From contig OX337236.1 in NCBI GenBank assembly GCA_946965045.2, positions 2,294,001 through 2,358,000 of the forward strand: a stretch of 64,000 nt of DNA, read 5' to 3'. Both the position numbers and the translations under genes were made by a program. The notes under the pieces are model-generated. The model was not told the DNA's origin. It made no database searches and saw nothing but the letters and a program-made list of their open reading frames with translations. Each line of letters starts with the position of its first letter. Position 1 is the stretch's first letter. Positions 1-11,541 of the stretch are shown here, piece by piece. The DNA comes from Epithemia pelagica (Eukaryota; Protista; Bacillariophyta).

Positions 1-753
1 TTCTTGGTCACTTTCGGCTCGGTACTGAAGACGAGATGCGGAATCGGTCACTGTAGTGGCTAGTTCTTCAACGTCGTCGTCTTCCAACAAGTGGTTCACG
101 TGTTGAGTGAAGAGAGGGTAGATAGTCGCACGGAAATCCTGGCAGAGATGGATCTCGTGAACAAAGGAGACGTACTCGTCGAGACGAGTAGTCGGGGTAG
201 GTAGCGGATTCGTCGTCGAGTTGACGATCCAGATGGTGTGAAAGTAGTTGGTTGGACGTTCAAAAGAGATGAATCGAATACGGATGGGTTCCACAGGGTT
301 GCCCAACAGGGCTTGGACAATGAAACGGCGTCTCGAGCACTGGTTCAAGAGGTCGAGAAGTCGTTGGATGTCCTCAAGGTCAGTCACGGGTTGGACGGAC
401 TGGAAATCGATCTCGCGTTCGGTTGTGGAACGGATCACGTCGGGGTCGGTAGTCGACTCAGTCGGCTCGCGGAAGTGTCGGATATGCGCAGTAAGAAGAC
501 GGCTCGTACGTCGGGTGCGAGTAGGGTTCAAACGGCGAGGCGGAGTCGAAGGTTGAGTCGGGATCGAAGGAGGCTGGACCACTTGGTCCGGGGTCTGGAA
601 GGGATTCGGAGCACTGGCCTGAGTCGGGGTCTGTTTCGGAGTTTCAACCAAGGGCTCGCCCGGATGGGACACGGGTGGATGGAGTTCCTCCCCGCTTTGT
701 TGGAAGGAATGAAAGATGTGTCGAATAGAGAGGTTGGAATCGTCGTGAGACAT
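1..753 (-). CDS. Partial ORF running off the window start, possibly the gag-like first ORF of an LTR retrotransposon
   Basis: ATG at 753 opens a stop-free frame to position 1 (MSHDDSNLSIRHIF...PTQPSTPPRRLNP...). It lies about 200 bp downstream of a putative LTR/PBS. No diagnostic motif seen. Confidence 0.4.
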   Translation of the reverse strand, partial: MSHDDSNLSIRHIFHSFQQSGEELHPPVSHPGEPLVETPKQTPTQASAPNPFQTPDQVVQPPSIPTQPSTPPRRLNPTRTRRTSRLLTAHIRHFREPTESTTDPDVIRSTTEREIDFQSVQPVTDLEDIQRLLDLLNQCSRRRFIVQALLGNPVEPIRIRFISFERPTNYFHTIWIVNSTTNPLPTPTTRLDEYVSFVHEIHLCQDFRATIYPLFTQHVNHLLEDDDVEELATTVTDSASRLQYRAESDQE

Positions 754-952
754 CGAAAGCTTCTCGGAAATAAACGATGAGACTGTTAATCTGATAAACT
801 TCTCTCGATTCAACAGGGGTTAGACAGATAGGTAGGATAGGTAAAAGGCTCGCTGAGCCGACAATCGAATCACCAACCGATACAACAATCCTCCACGGGT
901 CAGAGAAGAGTTGCAAGTCGAAGTCCGCCGTGGGTGGGGGCAGTCGGTCCAC

Positions 953-1445
953 TGATAAGAGGTTGGTCTTAAGATGAGTGTTAAAATGGTGATATTAATG
1001 ATTGTGAGACGATTACTAACTAAGGTGGTTGATGGTGTCGAAGTCCTGGCTCTTGTATACGGCCATGGATCTGGTGTGATAGGTCCTCACTGGTTGGAGT
1101 AGACCGGCATTGGTGTATATTGAATGTATAGGGTGATGGATAACATGTATGGGATGCAACAGCTCTTGCTTTGTCGTGGTATAAGTCTTGTCCTGGGCGC
1201 GTTGCTGTTTGCATTCTTGGATTTGTGGGAACAGAGATATGGTCTCGCGTGATCGTGATTCGTGCTTTGATTACATAGACCGTTAGGTCGAATCGTGGAT
1301 GTGCGTACTCGGATAGTAGAGGCGCGCACTTGATAGTTTTGGGCGCGCACGTGTTGGGCCATAGTTAATATCCGAGCGGTCGCCGATAACGCGTGCACTG
1401 CGAGCATGCCGTGGCCAAATTTATAGTTTCGCGAGCATGCCGACA
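953..1445 (-). mobile_element. Putative 5' LTR (493 bp)
   Basis: On the minus strand it begins TGTCGG and ends ...TTATCA, followed after 1 nt by a TGG-starting PBS-like tract (TGGACCGACTGCC) and then the ORF. The second LTR would be outside the window, so this is unconfirmed. Confidence 0.4.
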
Positions 1446-1503
1446 TTCTTTTCTCATTTTTAGGAAAATGTCATCGGATGCCATAAAATACTAGCATCAT
1501 TCG

Positions 1504-2659
1504 ATGAGTTGTAGGTTTCGCCACCTAGTTTTCGGTGAGAATCCTAACAACACTGCGAAGAAAGTCCTTCTCACTCACTTTCCCGAGCGCTGCAAGCCCC
1601 ACGTCCACAAGGCATACAAGAATTTTGGCCCTCTCTTTCGCGAAAAAGCCAGAGCCTGGAATATTAACCAGACTTTGACAGGGGCACGGAAAGCCCGAGC
1701 TGGTAAACGACGTAAGTGCAAGTGTCCATTGTTGAAAGTTGCTTCATGATTCTAACTACTTTCTTTCTTTTGTTATAGAATCAGCTGTTGCTGCTGAAGA
1801 GCAAAATCGCCTAGAGGTTAACAACCTTGTCGAGGACGAAGCCGAGGAAGTTGAAGACGGAGACTACAGTGGGGCTGAGGAGGAGGAGGACATCTCCATT
1901 GATCTTGAAGAGGCGTCAGTTGAATCTGGTGCAGCAGAAGAAGAGGTAGAAGACAACAACAGCGAAATCAACAGCTTCAGCATGGAGGAGGCGGTTCAAG
2001 CGTTCAAAAAGATGGGCCTCACCCCGGCCAAGACTCCTAAGAAGGGTGGTGGTGGTGCTGCTTTCAAGGAACTGGTAGTAGCGGCTTCATATCCCTACTG
2101 TGCATCTAAGTTTGAGAGTTCTAATACTCTGTTCTGTTCTGTGGACATGTGTGTCCCAGGAGGGTCCACGAAGACCTACACTCCGGGGCTGGTGGATGAT
2201 GGCATGGCAGTCCAGGTCGATTCTGTTGTGCCAAGCTATTTCTTCCAGAAAGGTCGACTGTTGGCGGCGCATCCTGATCTTGGGCAAGAGGACCATAGGG
2301 TCACAGAGTTCAAGCAACTCTGTGACCGGGCCAAACAGGAACATGCAACGTATGAGGGTGGCAAACCAAAGTTTGTAGCGAAGCAGAAAATCAAGTTACC
2401 TTTCAAGTGTGTGAAGGAAGATATGCAATACGAACTACAAGCCTTCACTTCGAAGGACAAAGACTTCACCAAGGAGCACAGGGGTGCTGCCAAGATGTTT
2501 GTTTTCTCGATACTCCTCAAGGCCGCCAAGCAACCGGAACGAAAGCGTGCAAACCAAGGCACTGCACGGACCATCGCCCCTTACAATGATTCTGATGACT
2601 CCGATGTCCAAGATGTGGATGAGGATGAGATGAGTCATGATGGTGACTACCAGAACTGA
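1504..2659 (+). CDS. Hypothetical acidic protein, probably a DNA-transposon accessory gene; one intron (1712-1778)
   Basis: GTAAGT donor at 1712, CTAAC branch site and TATAG acceptor at 1778 join two ORFs in frame (about 362 aa). Acidic low-complexity stretches resemble the Harbinger accessory ORF at 14267-15940. The true start may be displaced by the LTR insertion. Confidence 0.5.
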
Positions 2660-2866
2660 ATTTTGACCTACGAGAATGTCGCCTCCCCTAAATCTTGGTG
2701 GAATGATGTTTGGACTAACGACCTAGCCTTTTGGGACATTGACGAGACCTAGTACGAGAAAGGCTAGCTTACGTAGATAATCGATTAGTAGTGCAATCCG
2801 AGACGGAACAAGCTTTTAAGGCAATTTCTATGGACGATCGACAGCGAAAAATTATGAAAACAAAAT

Positions 2867-3204
2867 AAGACTGGTCTGTTCAAACGGAAGGATTTTTCAA
2901 AAATCCTTCTCTCGAGATATCGCGCTCCAAAGTTTTATGGTTGCGCGCGGCTCGTACCCCTAAGGTCATTCACACGCGAGACTCACGTAGTCTTCTTACA
3001 CCTGTGCCACACAAACCCCATTAGGGTTTTCAGTACTAGAGTTTCGTTGGGCAAACTTTAACCAAATATTCAACGATGTATATCTAAATTTCGCAAGACA
3101 TATACAGGCTCAATCGAAAGAGCGCTGAAAGACGATTCCATCTATGGGCTTATCTCGAATCCGACACATACAATTTGATCCTTCCCTTTGAACAGACCAG
3201 TCTT
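2867..3204. mobile_element. 338-bp MITE with 27-bp TIRs
   Basis: AAGACTGGTCTGTTCAAACGGAAGGAT at the left end and its inverse at 3178-3204 (1 mismatch). Flanked by AAAT on both sides; can alternatively be read as a TA TSD. Confidence 0.8.
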
Positions 3205-3653
3205 AAATAGAAAACAGGAATTTGGAATTGGGCATGGTCAACGGTCATTGGTCATAACGAGTAGAGAGCCAGGGTCACAATACCCAACCGCATTGAGGAT
3301 AATCCTCAATATATCCATTGAGAAAAATATTTGTACCTCAATCTAGGGAGTAGTTCAGCGTTGGGGTAGGCCTGTCGCATGGAAATGGAGTCGAGTTTGG
3401 CCTATTGTATTCCGACTTCGTTGGCCTATGGGTGTTGCAAAATCTTCCGGAGGCCTTCTTTCTTCGCAACCACATATTTTTCCGTGCCAACGTTGGCATT
3501 CATCGCAATGACACCCGAGAAATGAGGCTATCTGGGATACTCGGTATTTTCTGTGGACGAGCTACAAACATAGACAAACCTCCACAAACTATATGTCGCA
3601 TAGACATTTTGTTTCAGAGTACTCTACAATCAGCACAGTTATCGAACGTTAAA

Positions 3654-5029
3654 CCCTCGGTATCAGTGTCCACTGCTTAGCTGTTTTTTGTCTGTGCCAC
3701 CTTCATAGGTTCCCAAGTGGACACAGACAGGAAATTTCCTTTTTGACTCAAATGGAAATGGCTAAAAAGCAAATTGGCGCGCATACCCAGCTGGAGTTTT
3801 CACAGTTCATGTAACAGACGCAAGCCCAGCAAGCGGCCCTGCGTGGATTGCGGTTGGTTGGTCTTCGCAGAATGCGCCATCCAAATCCGCCATAAAATCA
3901 CACAGAGGCCATCACAGTTCACAATGGCGTGGCATGAATTGTCGCCTTTCATGCAATTGAGGTAAGTTTGAACGCACAAAATGTTTCCATGACAACAGCT
4001 CTTGTACTGTCATTCTAACTTCTCCCTCACTCTTGTATTCGTTTTTCTCTTCTGATATTCTCCATTCGCCAACTGTCTCTCTCCACTTCTTTGAGAGCGA
4101 AAGTTTTGTGCCTATGGAATGCCTATTCTCCATTTGAGCCTCGGCTTAAAATTGGAAACCACAACATAAAGCTTCTTTTCTTTGAATTTTGGAGGAGTTT
4201 TTATCTGTAGTTTAGTTCTCATCTTTCATAGGTTTTGTAAGATCCTTGCAGCGTGTTATTTCCTTGTTTTCAACAACCATGACACTCTGAAGCAGGTAAG
4301 AAGCCATCTTCCAGCATATCCGATAGACTCTATGATCCATGACGACTACTCCTCTAGTTATAGTAGGACTAGTGACAACAAGATGCTGCAGTTGTCGTCA
4401 TCTAGATCTACCACTCAACGAAAGGTTCTGTGGTCGACACGGATGATGGATGGGCGAAACACAATGATGAGTGTAAAAAAACATGCTACAAAGATATGAA
4501 GACAACCAACCAACAATCAAACAGCACTACGAATAAGCAAAGGAAAAGTTGTGGCAAATGGCCTACAATGACTTGTCCTCCGTTTCATTGCGACAAAGTC
4601 AAAGGACAACAAACCATCAACTTTAACATGGACAAAGATAAATGAGATAACGTGTGAGAAAACTATGCAGGGCATGAAAGAAGCTAAGAGACAAACAAAA
4701 AGTAACAAGAGAGAAAACCAACCAAAATACTGCTTCAGGTCACAAGGATTCGTAAAGAGCTCGCTTCATGGTCAATGTTGATGTTTTTGACACCGCGTGA
4801 AATTTTTTGTGACGAGTATGAAAGGATTCCAAATTTGAATCGTGGTCACGGTCACAGGAAGGTGCCAACCGCCAACGGCTACTTGCACGCCGGCATTTCC
4901 ACCAGCACGAGGAATCATATTGGTGAAAAGGACAGACGAAAAGTGAAATTTCCTGTCTGTGTCCACTTGGGAACCTATGAAGGTGGCACAGACAAAAAAC
5001 ACCTAAGCAGTGGACAATGATACCGAGGG
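3654..5029. mobile_element. 1.4-kb non-autonomous TIR element with CCCT..AGGG ends (piggyBac-like termini), nested in the left TIR of the Harbinger element
   Basis: 85-bp inverted repeats 3654-3738 and 4945-5029 (2 mismatches). Absent from the homologous right arm. No intact TSD and only degraded internal sequence. Confidence 0.75.
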
Positions 5030-5122
5030 ATACCCCCAGTGGGGCCTTGCGCATTGTATATAGTTGTTGACATAATATGTTGAGCATGCCAGAGGCATAA
5101 GTGGGAAAGATGGATAGTACTA

Positions 5123-5692
5123 CTCCCTCCTGAAAGAAAATACTTCACGATTTTACCAAAAAAGCGATATTTTCACGAGCGAACGTCCTTTTTCCATAAA
5201 ATTTTTTTTGTTAGAAAGCCCTACTTATTAGCTCTATATTGGTGTATTATTTATATGTTCGATTCTTGCTTTGGAACGAGATACGATTGTTCAAAAGGCG
5301 TGATTTTGAGCATCGGTCTTCAGAGCCCACCGGTTGACACTTCTATGGCGGCTCCAAACACGTCCTCTTCAGGGCGGCCCCTCGAGGCATCAAAGAGTAG
5401 GAATATGCGTGCAACTGACAAGATTCGTGCCATTTCCATGCTGAATTCCATGGTCAACGACGGCACCTTTGGCCATGGTTCTGCTCACTCGTCGCACACA
5501 AAAGTTGTACTTTTCCTATAATAGTGTAGACTCGCGCATGTCAACCAATATGTTCCCCCATATTATTCTAAAATTTTTATACTCCGAATGAGCCGGCCGT
5601 CCTCCTGTAGAGTTGTACCAGATCCTACGTAATCTTTTTATGCGACTAAAATAACCAAAAAAAAACGTGAAGTATTTTCTTTCAGGAGGGAG
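5123..5692. mobile_element. Stowaway-like (Tc1/mariner) MITE, 570 bp
   Basis: 27-bp perfect TIR CTCCCTCCTGAAAGAAAATACTTCACG with TA on both sides. The empty site in the opposite arm (7961-7962 region) has a single TA, confirming the TSD. Confidence 0.9.
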
Positions 5693-5925
5693 TAAGTACA
5701 TGTAGATCCACATTTTGGCGACATCTCAGTCCCGAGTGGAGCCCAAAGCACTTACACGAGTAGTCTATCGGAATGAAATTTCCTCACCGTGTCTGCTAAT
5801 GGGGTCAAGGTCAAGATGAGCATAATGCAAGTTGACCATGACCAACGGCATGGTGGAAATAGGTGGAAATGAGAAGGCTGAGATCGTTTGTTTTGGCAGC
5901 AACGCTGCTAGTGCAATGGACAAAT

Positions 5926-6093
5926 CCACAAATCCACAAATCCACAAATCCACAAATCTACAAATCCACAAATCCACAAATCCACAAATCCACAAATCCA
6001 CAAATCCACAAATCCACAAATCCACAAATCCACAAATCCACAAATCCACAAATCCACAAATCCACAAATCCACAAATCCACAAATCCACAAAT
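5926..6093 (+). repeat. (CCACAAAT)21 array in left TIR of Harbinger element 1
   Basis: Direct reading; one CTACAAAT variant unit. Confidence 0.95.
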
Positions 6094-7367
6094 CCAACAT
6101 CGACACAACAATCAAACAATCTGCAACAGCTCTTCACCTTCCCGCCTTCCTCATTGGGTGTGATAGAAATGGGATTTTATGTCTTGCTTTCATGTGGTGG
6201 GCTTGGAGGCGGCCTCTTCTGATAAGACCGGCTTTTTGTTACAGAGTACGTGTGCGAAGGCATCCTGCCAGTCGTTGATATTTTTCTGGATCACAAGAGT
6301 GACTCACAATGTTGTTTCTTTTTCTGGTTTTCTCAGTGACATCTGGTTTGGCTCCTTTGGTCTCGGCATTAATGTCTTGTTACCGGGCCACGGTGGACGT
6401 CCGCAGTTGGCTGGCATGTGGTTACGACTTTTTGCATTCCTCCTGTTCTCGTCAATCACGCTACGCATCCGACTCCCACTAGTGGATGCACCCTACAAGG
6501 GAACCCGACGCAAGACCGGCATGGGCCGGGCAACGTGCTCAATTGCTTCACCATCCACGACACATCTGTTGGTGTAAATCAGGTTGCTATCCATTGTTAC
6601 AAATGAAGCAACATTAACTGGAATGCTCTGTAAACGATAATCAAACTAAGGGCTAATGTGCGAGTCCAGTGAAAATTATGAAGATCTGGCGCCTGGCATG
6701 GCAGTTCATCCTGCCATTGCCACCTAAAATGTTCCACACACATGGACAATCAGGATTTGAGTCGGCTCTGGGGAAATGGAAGGAGAACATCTCAAACACA
6801 TGTGCCTTATTGTTGTTTCGACATGGTCAGAGTCCATCCTGGTCGGATCAGTGCTGTCATTCAGTGTGACAGGTGACAGGTTTTCTAGCAATGACCAAGT
6901 GCTACGCAACAAGCATCCTGCCATGTTTTCTTGCAACGACCAAGTGCTACGCGACAAGCATCCAGCCGTGTTACAACAGCAAACTGCGTTACCACACTTT
7001 TGGGCTATGACTCTGGCTGCTTGATATGTGGTGGTTGGCGTTTCTTGTGTTTGTTGTGTCGATGTCAATGCTTGGGACAAGTATTGGGCATCCAGCCACG
7101 TAGCAGCCGCAAACTGGTGCCGTAAAACGATTTAGGACTATGGCTGTGGCTGGTTGATTTGGTGGTGGTTGCCGCTTGCTGTTTTGGGTTATGGCAATGC
7201 TCGGGATGAGAAGTGGGCGGGCACAAAAGGATGGCTTCCATTCTACTATTTGGAGGTTGAGAGTGGTAATTAAGACGGTGTTTGATTGCTGCGTATAATG
7301 TTACTGTAAATAAAGTTGTTTGATTGTTGCAGAAAATAAGATTGTTTGATTGTTGTGTCGATGTTGG

Positions 7368-7727
7368 ATTTGTGGATTTGTGGATTTGTGGATTTGTGGA
7401 TTTGTGGATTTGTGGATTTGTGGATTTGTGGATTTGTGGATTTGTGGATTTGTGGATTTGTGGATTTGTGGATTTGTGGATTTGTGGATTTGTGGATTTG
7501 TGGATTTGTGGATTTGTGGATTTGTGGATTTGTGGATTTGTGGATTTGTGGATTTGTGGATTTGTGGATTTGTGGATTTGTGGATTTGTGGATTTGTGGA
7601 TTTGTGGATTTGTGGATTTGTGGATTTGTGGATTTGTGGATTTGTGGATTTGTGGATTTGTGGATTTGTGGATTTGTAGATTTGTAGATTTGTGGATTTG
7701 TGGATTTGTGGATTTGTGGATTTGTGG
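7368..7727 (-). repeat. (ATTTGTGG)45 array in right TIR of Harbinger element 1
   Basis: Direct reading; two ATTTGTAG variant units. Confidence 0.95.
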
Positions 7728-8188
7728 ATTTGTCCATTGCACCAGCAGCGTTGCTGCCAAAACAAACGATCTCAGCCTTCTCATTTCCACCTATTTCCAC
7801 CATGCCGTTGGTCATGGTCAACTTGCATTATGCTGTCATCTTGACCTTGACCCCATTAGCAGACACGGTGAGGAAATTTCATTCCGATAGACTACTCGTG
7901 TAAGTGCTTTGGGCTCCACTCGGGACTGAGATGTCGCCAAAATGTGGATCTACATGTACTTAGTACTATCCATCTTTTCCACTTATGCCTCTGGCATGCT
8001 CAACATATTATGTCAACAACTATATACAATGCGCAAGGCCCCACTGGGGGTATTGTATATTTAACGTTCGATAACTGTGCTGATTGTAGAGTACTCTGAA
8101 ACAAAATGTCTATGCGACCTATAGTTTGTGGAGGTTTGTCTATGTTTGTAGCTCGTCCACAGAAAATACCGAGTATCCCTGACTTCCA

Positions 8189-8833
8189 GTGGGTGCTGCT
8201 CTTTGCTCGTTACTTTCGTTGTTCATTCGTTGTTCAATCTCACCCTATTCCTTAGTGCATGTGAGTGAGTTGGTGGAATCCCCCGCAGACACAAGTCAAA
8301 CTGGTGACGGGACAGTCTCAATGCCGCCTCCTATGATTCCTGCACCCACTCCATACTCAATGAACCACCAAGATTGGTTACCCAACACAGTTCGAGGAAC
8401 GAAGGCTCTGCTTCGGTGAACAGTGACCCAGAACGGACAAACTTTTCCTTGTCGTCCAAACAAGAAGAATGGTGACAAGGCAAATGACGACGATACGGCG
8501 AGAAAAGACATTGCGGCGCACTGTCGTCCTCCTTCGAAAGACCAGGAGCCTGCTGGTGCAACTCCTCATCCACATCCAGCAGCCTTTCGTCGACACAAGA
8601 AACTGAAAACAACACCGATCACTGCTAAATTGATGACCCCCGAGCGACCGCTCCCGTTCGGAGTTCGGACCAACCCGGCAGGCTTCAACAAGACCAAGAC
8701 CAGGCGCACTTTTGAAAATTTTTGGGCCAAAGTAAGCCGGTGTCCTTTCCACATCTGGATCTGGCCCGGGAGTAAGCCGATGATGACGGGAAGACCAAAG
8801 AAGTACCGGTACCAGGCCATCGAGCTCACATGA
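8189..8833 (+). pseudogene. Unidentified interrupted coding-like fragment
   Basis: Two same-frame ORFs (8189-8419, 8423-8833) separated by a single TGA. No recognisable domain. Confidence 0.25.
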
Positions 8834-8963
8834 TGATTCATTGGTTCAAAACTCTAACAAAGCAATACATGGAAGAGGCTCACTAAACACTTAATCTCCT
8901 ACGAGCTTGGTACTTATCGATCATTTGTGCAAACATCCATGCATTGAAGACCTGAATGTTTCA

Positions 8964-11541
8964 TCAAGTTGCTTCCTGTCCTTCACCGTCGTCATGGCCG
9001 ACTTCTTCATCCTTGTCATCCATGTTGTCCTCAACGGCACCTTCATCCTTGACACCCATGCTGTCATCAATGACTTCGACATCATTGATCATGTTCAGGC
9101 CCACCTTTTCTTCTTCCTCTTCAAGAATGGCACCAATCTGGGACATGAAGGCACAGAATTCCGCAAAGTCAATGGCTCCACTGTGATCAATGTCAATAGC
9201 GGCAAACATGACATTGAAGTCTTGATCCGAAACACGGTCTCCCATGAATTCCATAAGCTCCTCCTTGGTGATGACACCATTGCCGTCGGCGTCAATAGCC
9301 ATGAATTCATCTTCCAATCCCTTGGCAGAAAGTCTCTTGTCGTGGTCCAAGTTGATGGTTTCAGCAATACGGCGGGCAAACTGGTGCTTGAAACGGTCAG
9401 CTTGCTTGTTGATGCGGTACACGTGCCACGCGTACAAGATGCCAACCAAAAACAAAACACCAATAAGCACAAAGAAGGCAATCCATCCTCCCTTGACACC
9501 CACATCCTCTTCGTAAGGTGTCGGGTTGTACAAGGGATCGTACATTCGCCACATCGATTCGTCAGGACAATTCTCCATGCTTGTATCAACACAGTTACCA
9601 TCAGTGATAATGGGTTTGCGGTCAAAGCTTCGGACGTCATTAGCATCATAAGCTCGTTCCAGTTCGTCCTTGAAGGTTGTCTCGCTAACCTGGTTCAATT
9701 GATAAGTGAACGATTCAGCAAGCGGGTTATCAGAGTATGGAAGGCTTTCCGAGATGATGAAGTACTGTCCGTTTCCAGCCATTCGAGTATTGAGAGCGTT
9801 GGTGAAACTCTCTGTCTTGTGGTATTCGAAACTCTTGTCGTCTCCGATGGAATAGTAGAAAGTGTCTTCATCAACCGTGCTCGAGTTTCCGTCACCACCG
9901 GCATAACGACCCGTCGTCATGAAGAGTTTGATGGAACCATCCTTTTCGAAAGTGCGGTGCCAAACTTTTCTCTAACAGTAACATAACCGTTTTCACCGCA
10001 AACGCCGCTTCCCAAGACATTCGCCGACTCTTCAGGCACATTGTATGTGCAAAATGTCGAATCCGCGGGCTTGTATACATGGTACACATGCTCGTAGTAT
10101 CGTGTTTCGCGAATGGTACGGTTGACAAACATGAATACTTCCTCTTGAGGATACGGCAAAGTATTCTTGAACTTGTCCGACGAAAACGTTTCCATCAGAG
10201 TTTCACCTTGGCTGTCATAGACACGCATCTTTCCAACCCAGAAACCTTCGGCGTCCACCCACGAGGGACCAGCCGACTTGATGTTGGGCGAGACACGGGG
10301 GTTGTAGCGAGGATCGTCCGAACAGTCTTCAAAGATGGTCTTGGTACACTTGGAATCACCGGTGTTGGAAGGCTCGGGCGCTGGCTCATCAGGTACAAAG
10401 TCCCAGCCAGGTTCACGTCGAACACCGAGATCATTAATCTCAACTTCTGGTCCACCGGGACAACGATGAATCACTCGTCGTCCCAACAAGGGTTGAGGTG
10501 GCCTGGAGGTGCTTCCTTCTTCGTCGGCTACAGTAGCGTGTACACAATTTCTCTCATCGTCTATCTGAACATAGCACAGGATGAGTTATTCCAAGCGGTC
10601 AAGTTGTTCCTGTGAAATGAGCAAAGGCTCATCCAACAAGTTCTAGTTGACGATTTCGGTACATCCTGGCGTGGTCAAACCTCCCTTGTAGGTGAAGACA
10701 CCAAAGTCTTCGGTGGTAGGAAGACCGTACACATTCGGTGCCTCGTCGGGGAAGAAGCTTCCACTGGGAAGAACTGTCGGTTCTTGAAGCACGTCGTTGA
10801 CAGTTCCACAAGTGACTTTGGTTTGTACTGCAGTAAACGGATCCTCACTGGGACGACATTGTTGTGCAACTTGCTCCGCAGTACGTTCCCAACCACGCAA
10901 AAAGTCTTCAAAGACAGGGTGGGCCGTCTCACCGACATCAATCATGGTACCAAATACAGCAAATGATTCCTTGGTTTCTTCTTGGTGGACAACGTGAAGT
11001 TCAGCAGGGAAGAATCCACGAGTTCCTTTGCCTCTGATTTCGTGTTCCGAGTAGGTGTGAATGTGGAACTGCAAGGCGTTGAAGGGATTATCCGTGTGTG
11101 GGATTTCCATGCTTCCAAAGCTGCAGCTGCTATCAGGGTTCGGCTTGACCAAGACACCTGGTAAAGGAATAGAAAGACGATATCTTTAAGTGATGGGTCG
11201 AATCTTGGAAGTGGGGACGACAAGCGATTGCATTCATGCGGCGTACCGTTGTTGTTGATCTCAAAGACCAACTCGTCCCATGTACAAGTTCCAGGGTTGA
11301 ATTTATAATCTTTCATGTCGGTGTCGCAGCGTTGCTCGACGGCTCGAGTGATAGTGACGGGCGATTGACCAGATCCAGTGGAGCCGCTCATTCCACCACA
11401 TTGGGTGCCTTCCAAGTTTAGCAAAGGCCATCGAGAAGGACCCAATCCACCAGTCTCGTAGTAGGTGAAGAAGTTACCCACACCAGCACCATCGACGACG
11501 GTGAGGAGGGAGGCGGCGCTCAAGCTCCAATGAAGTTTCAT
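8964..11541 (-). pseudogene. Alpha-carbonic anhydrase - unknown extracellular domain - TM helix - EF-hand pair fusion, disrupted
   Basis: Signal peptide MKLHWSLSAASLLTVVDG; intron 11246-11158; CA motifs QFHIHTYSEH, ELHVVH, YKGGLTTPGCTEIVN; TM GWIAFFVLIGVLFLVGILYAW; EF loops DADGNGVITKEE and DIDHSGAIDFAE. In-frame TAG at 10643-10645, TAA at 10586-10588, and a frameshift near 9950. Confidence 0.85.

Larger units (their letters stand above)
3535..8178. mobile_element. Non-autonomous PIF/Harbinger-type element with long TIRs and two nested insertions
   Basis: Ends GGATACTCGGTATTT / AAATACCGAGTATCC with a CTG TSD (3532-3534, 8179-8181). Right arm is 7339-8178. Left arm is 3535-3653 + 5030-5122 + 5695-6122. 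No transposase in the 1.2-kb core. Confidence 0.85.

Noticed and set aside
238-780. 180-aa plus-strand ORF
   Set aside because: Antisense to the longer minus-strand frame that runs off the window; no motif.
3780-3960. Cys-rich piggyBac C-terminal domain remnant on the minus strand
   Set aside because: Cys spacing only loosely fits and the surrounding frames are full of stops.
6123-7338. Remnants of accessory ORFs in the core of Harbinger element 1
   Set aside because: Only vague similarity with many stops; cannot be supported without an alignment.
8907-9986. 359-aa plus-strand ORF
   Set aside because: Antisense shadow of the TM/EF-hand part of the CA fusion.
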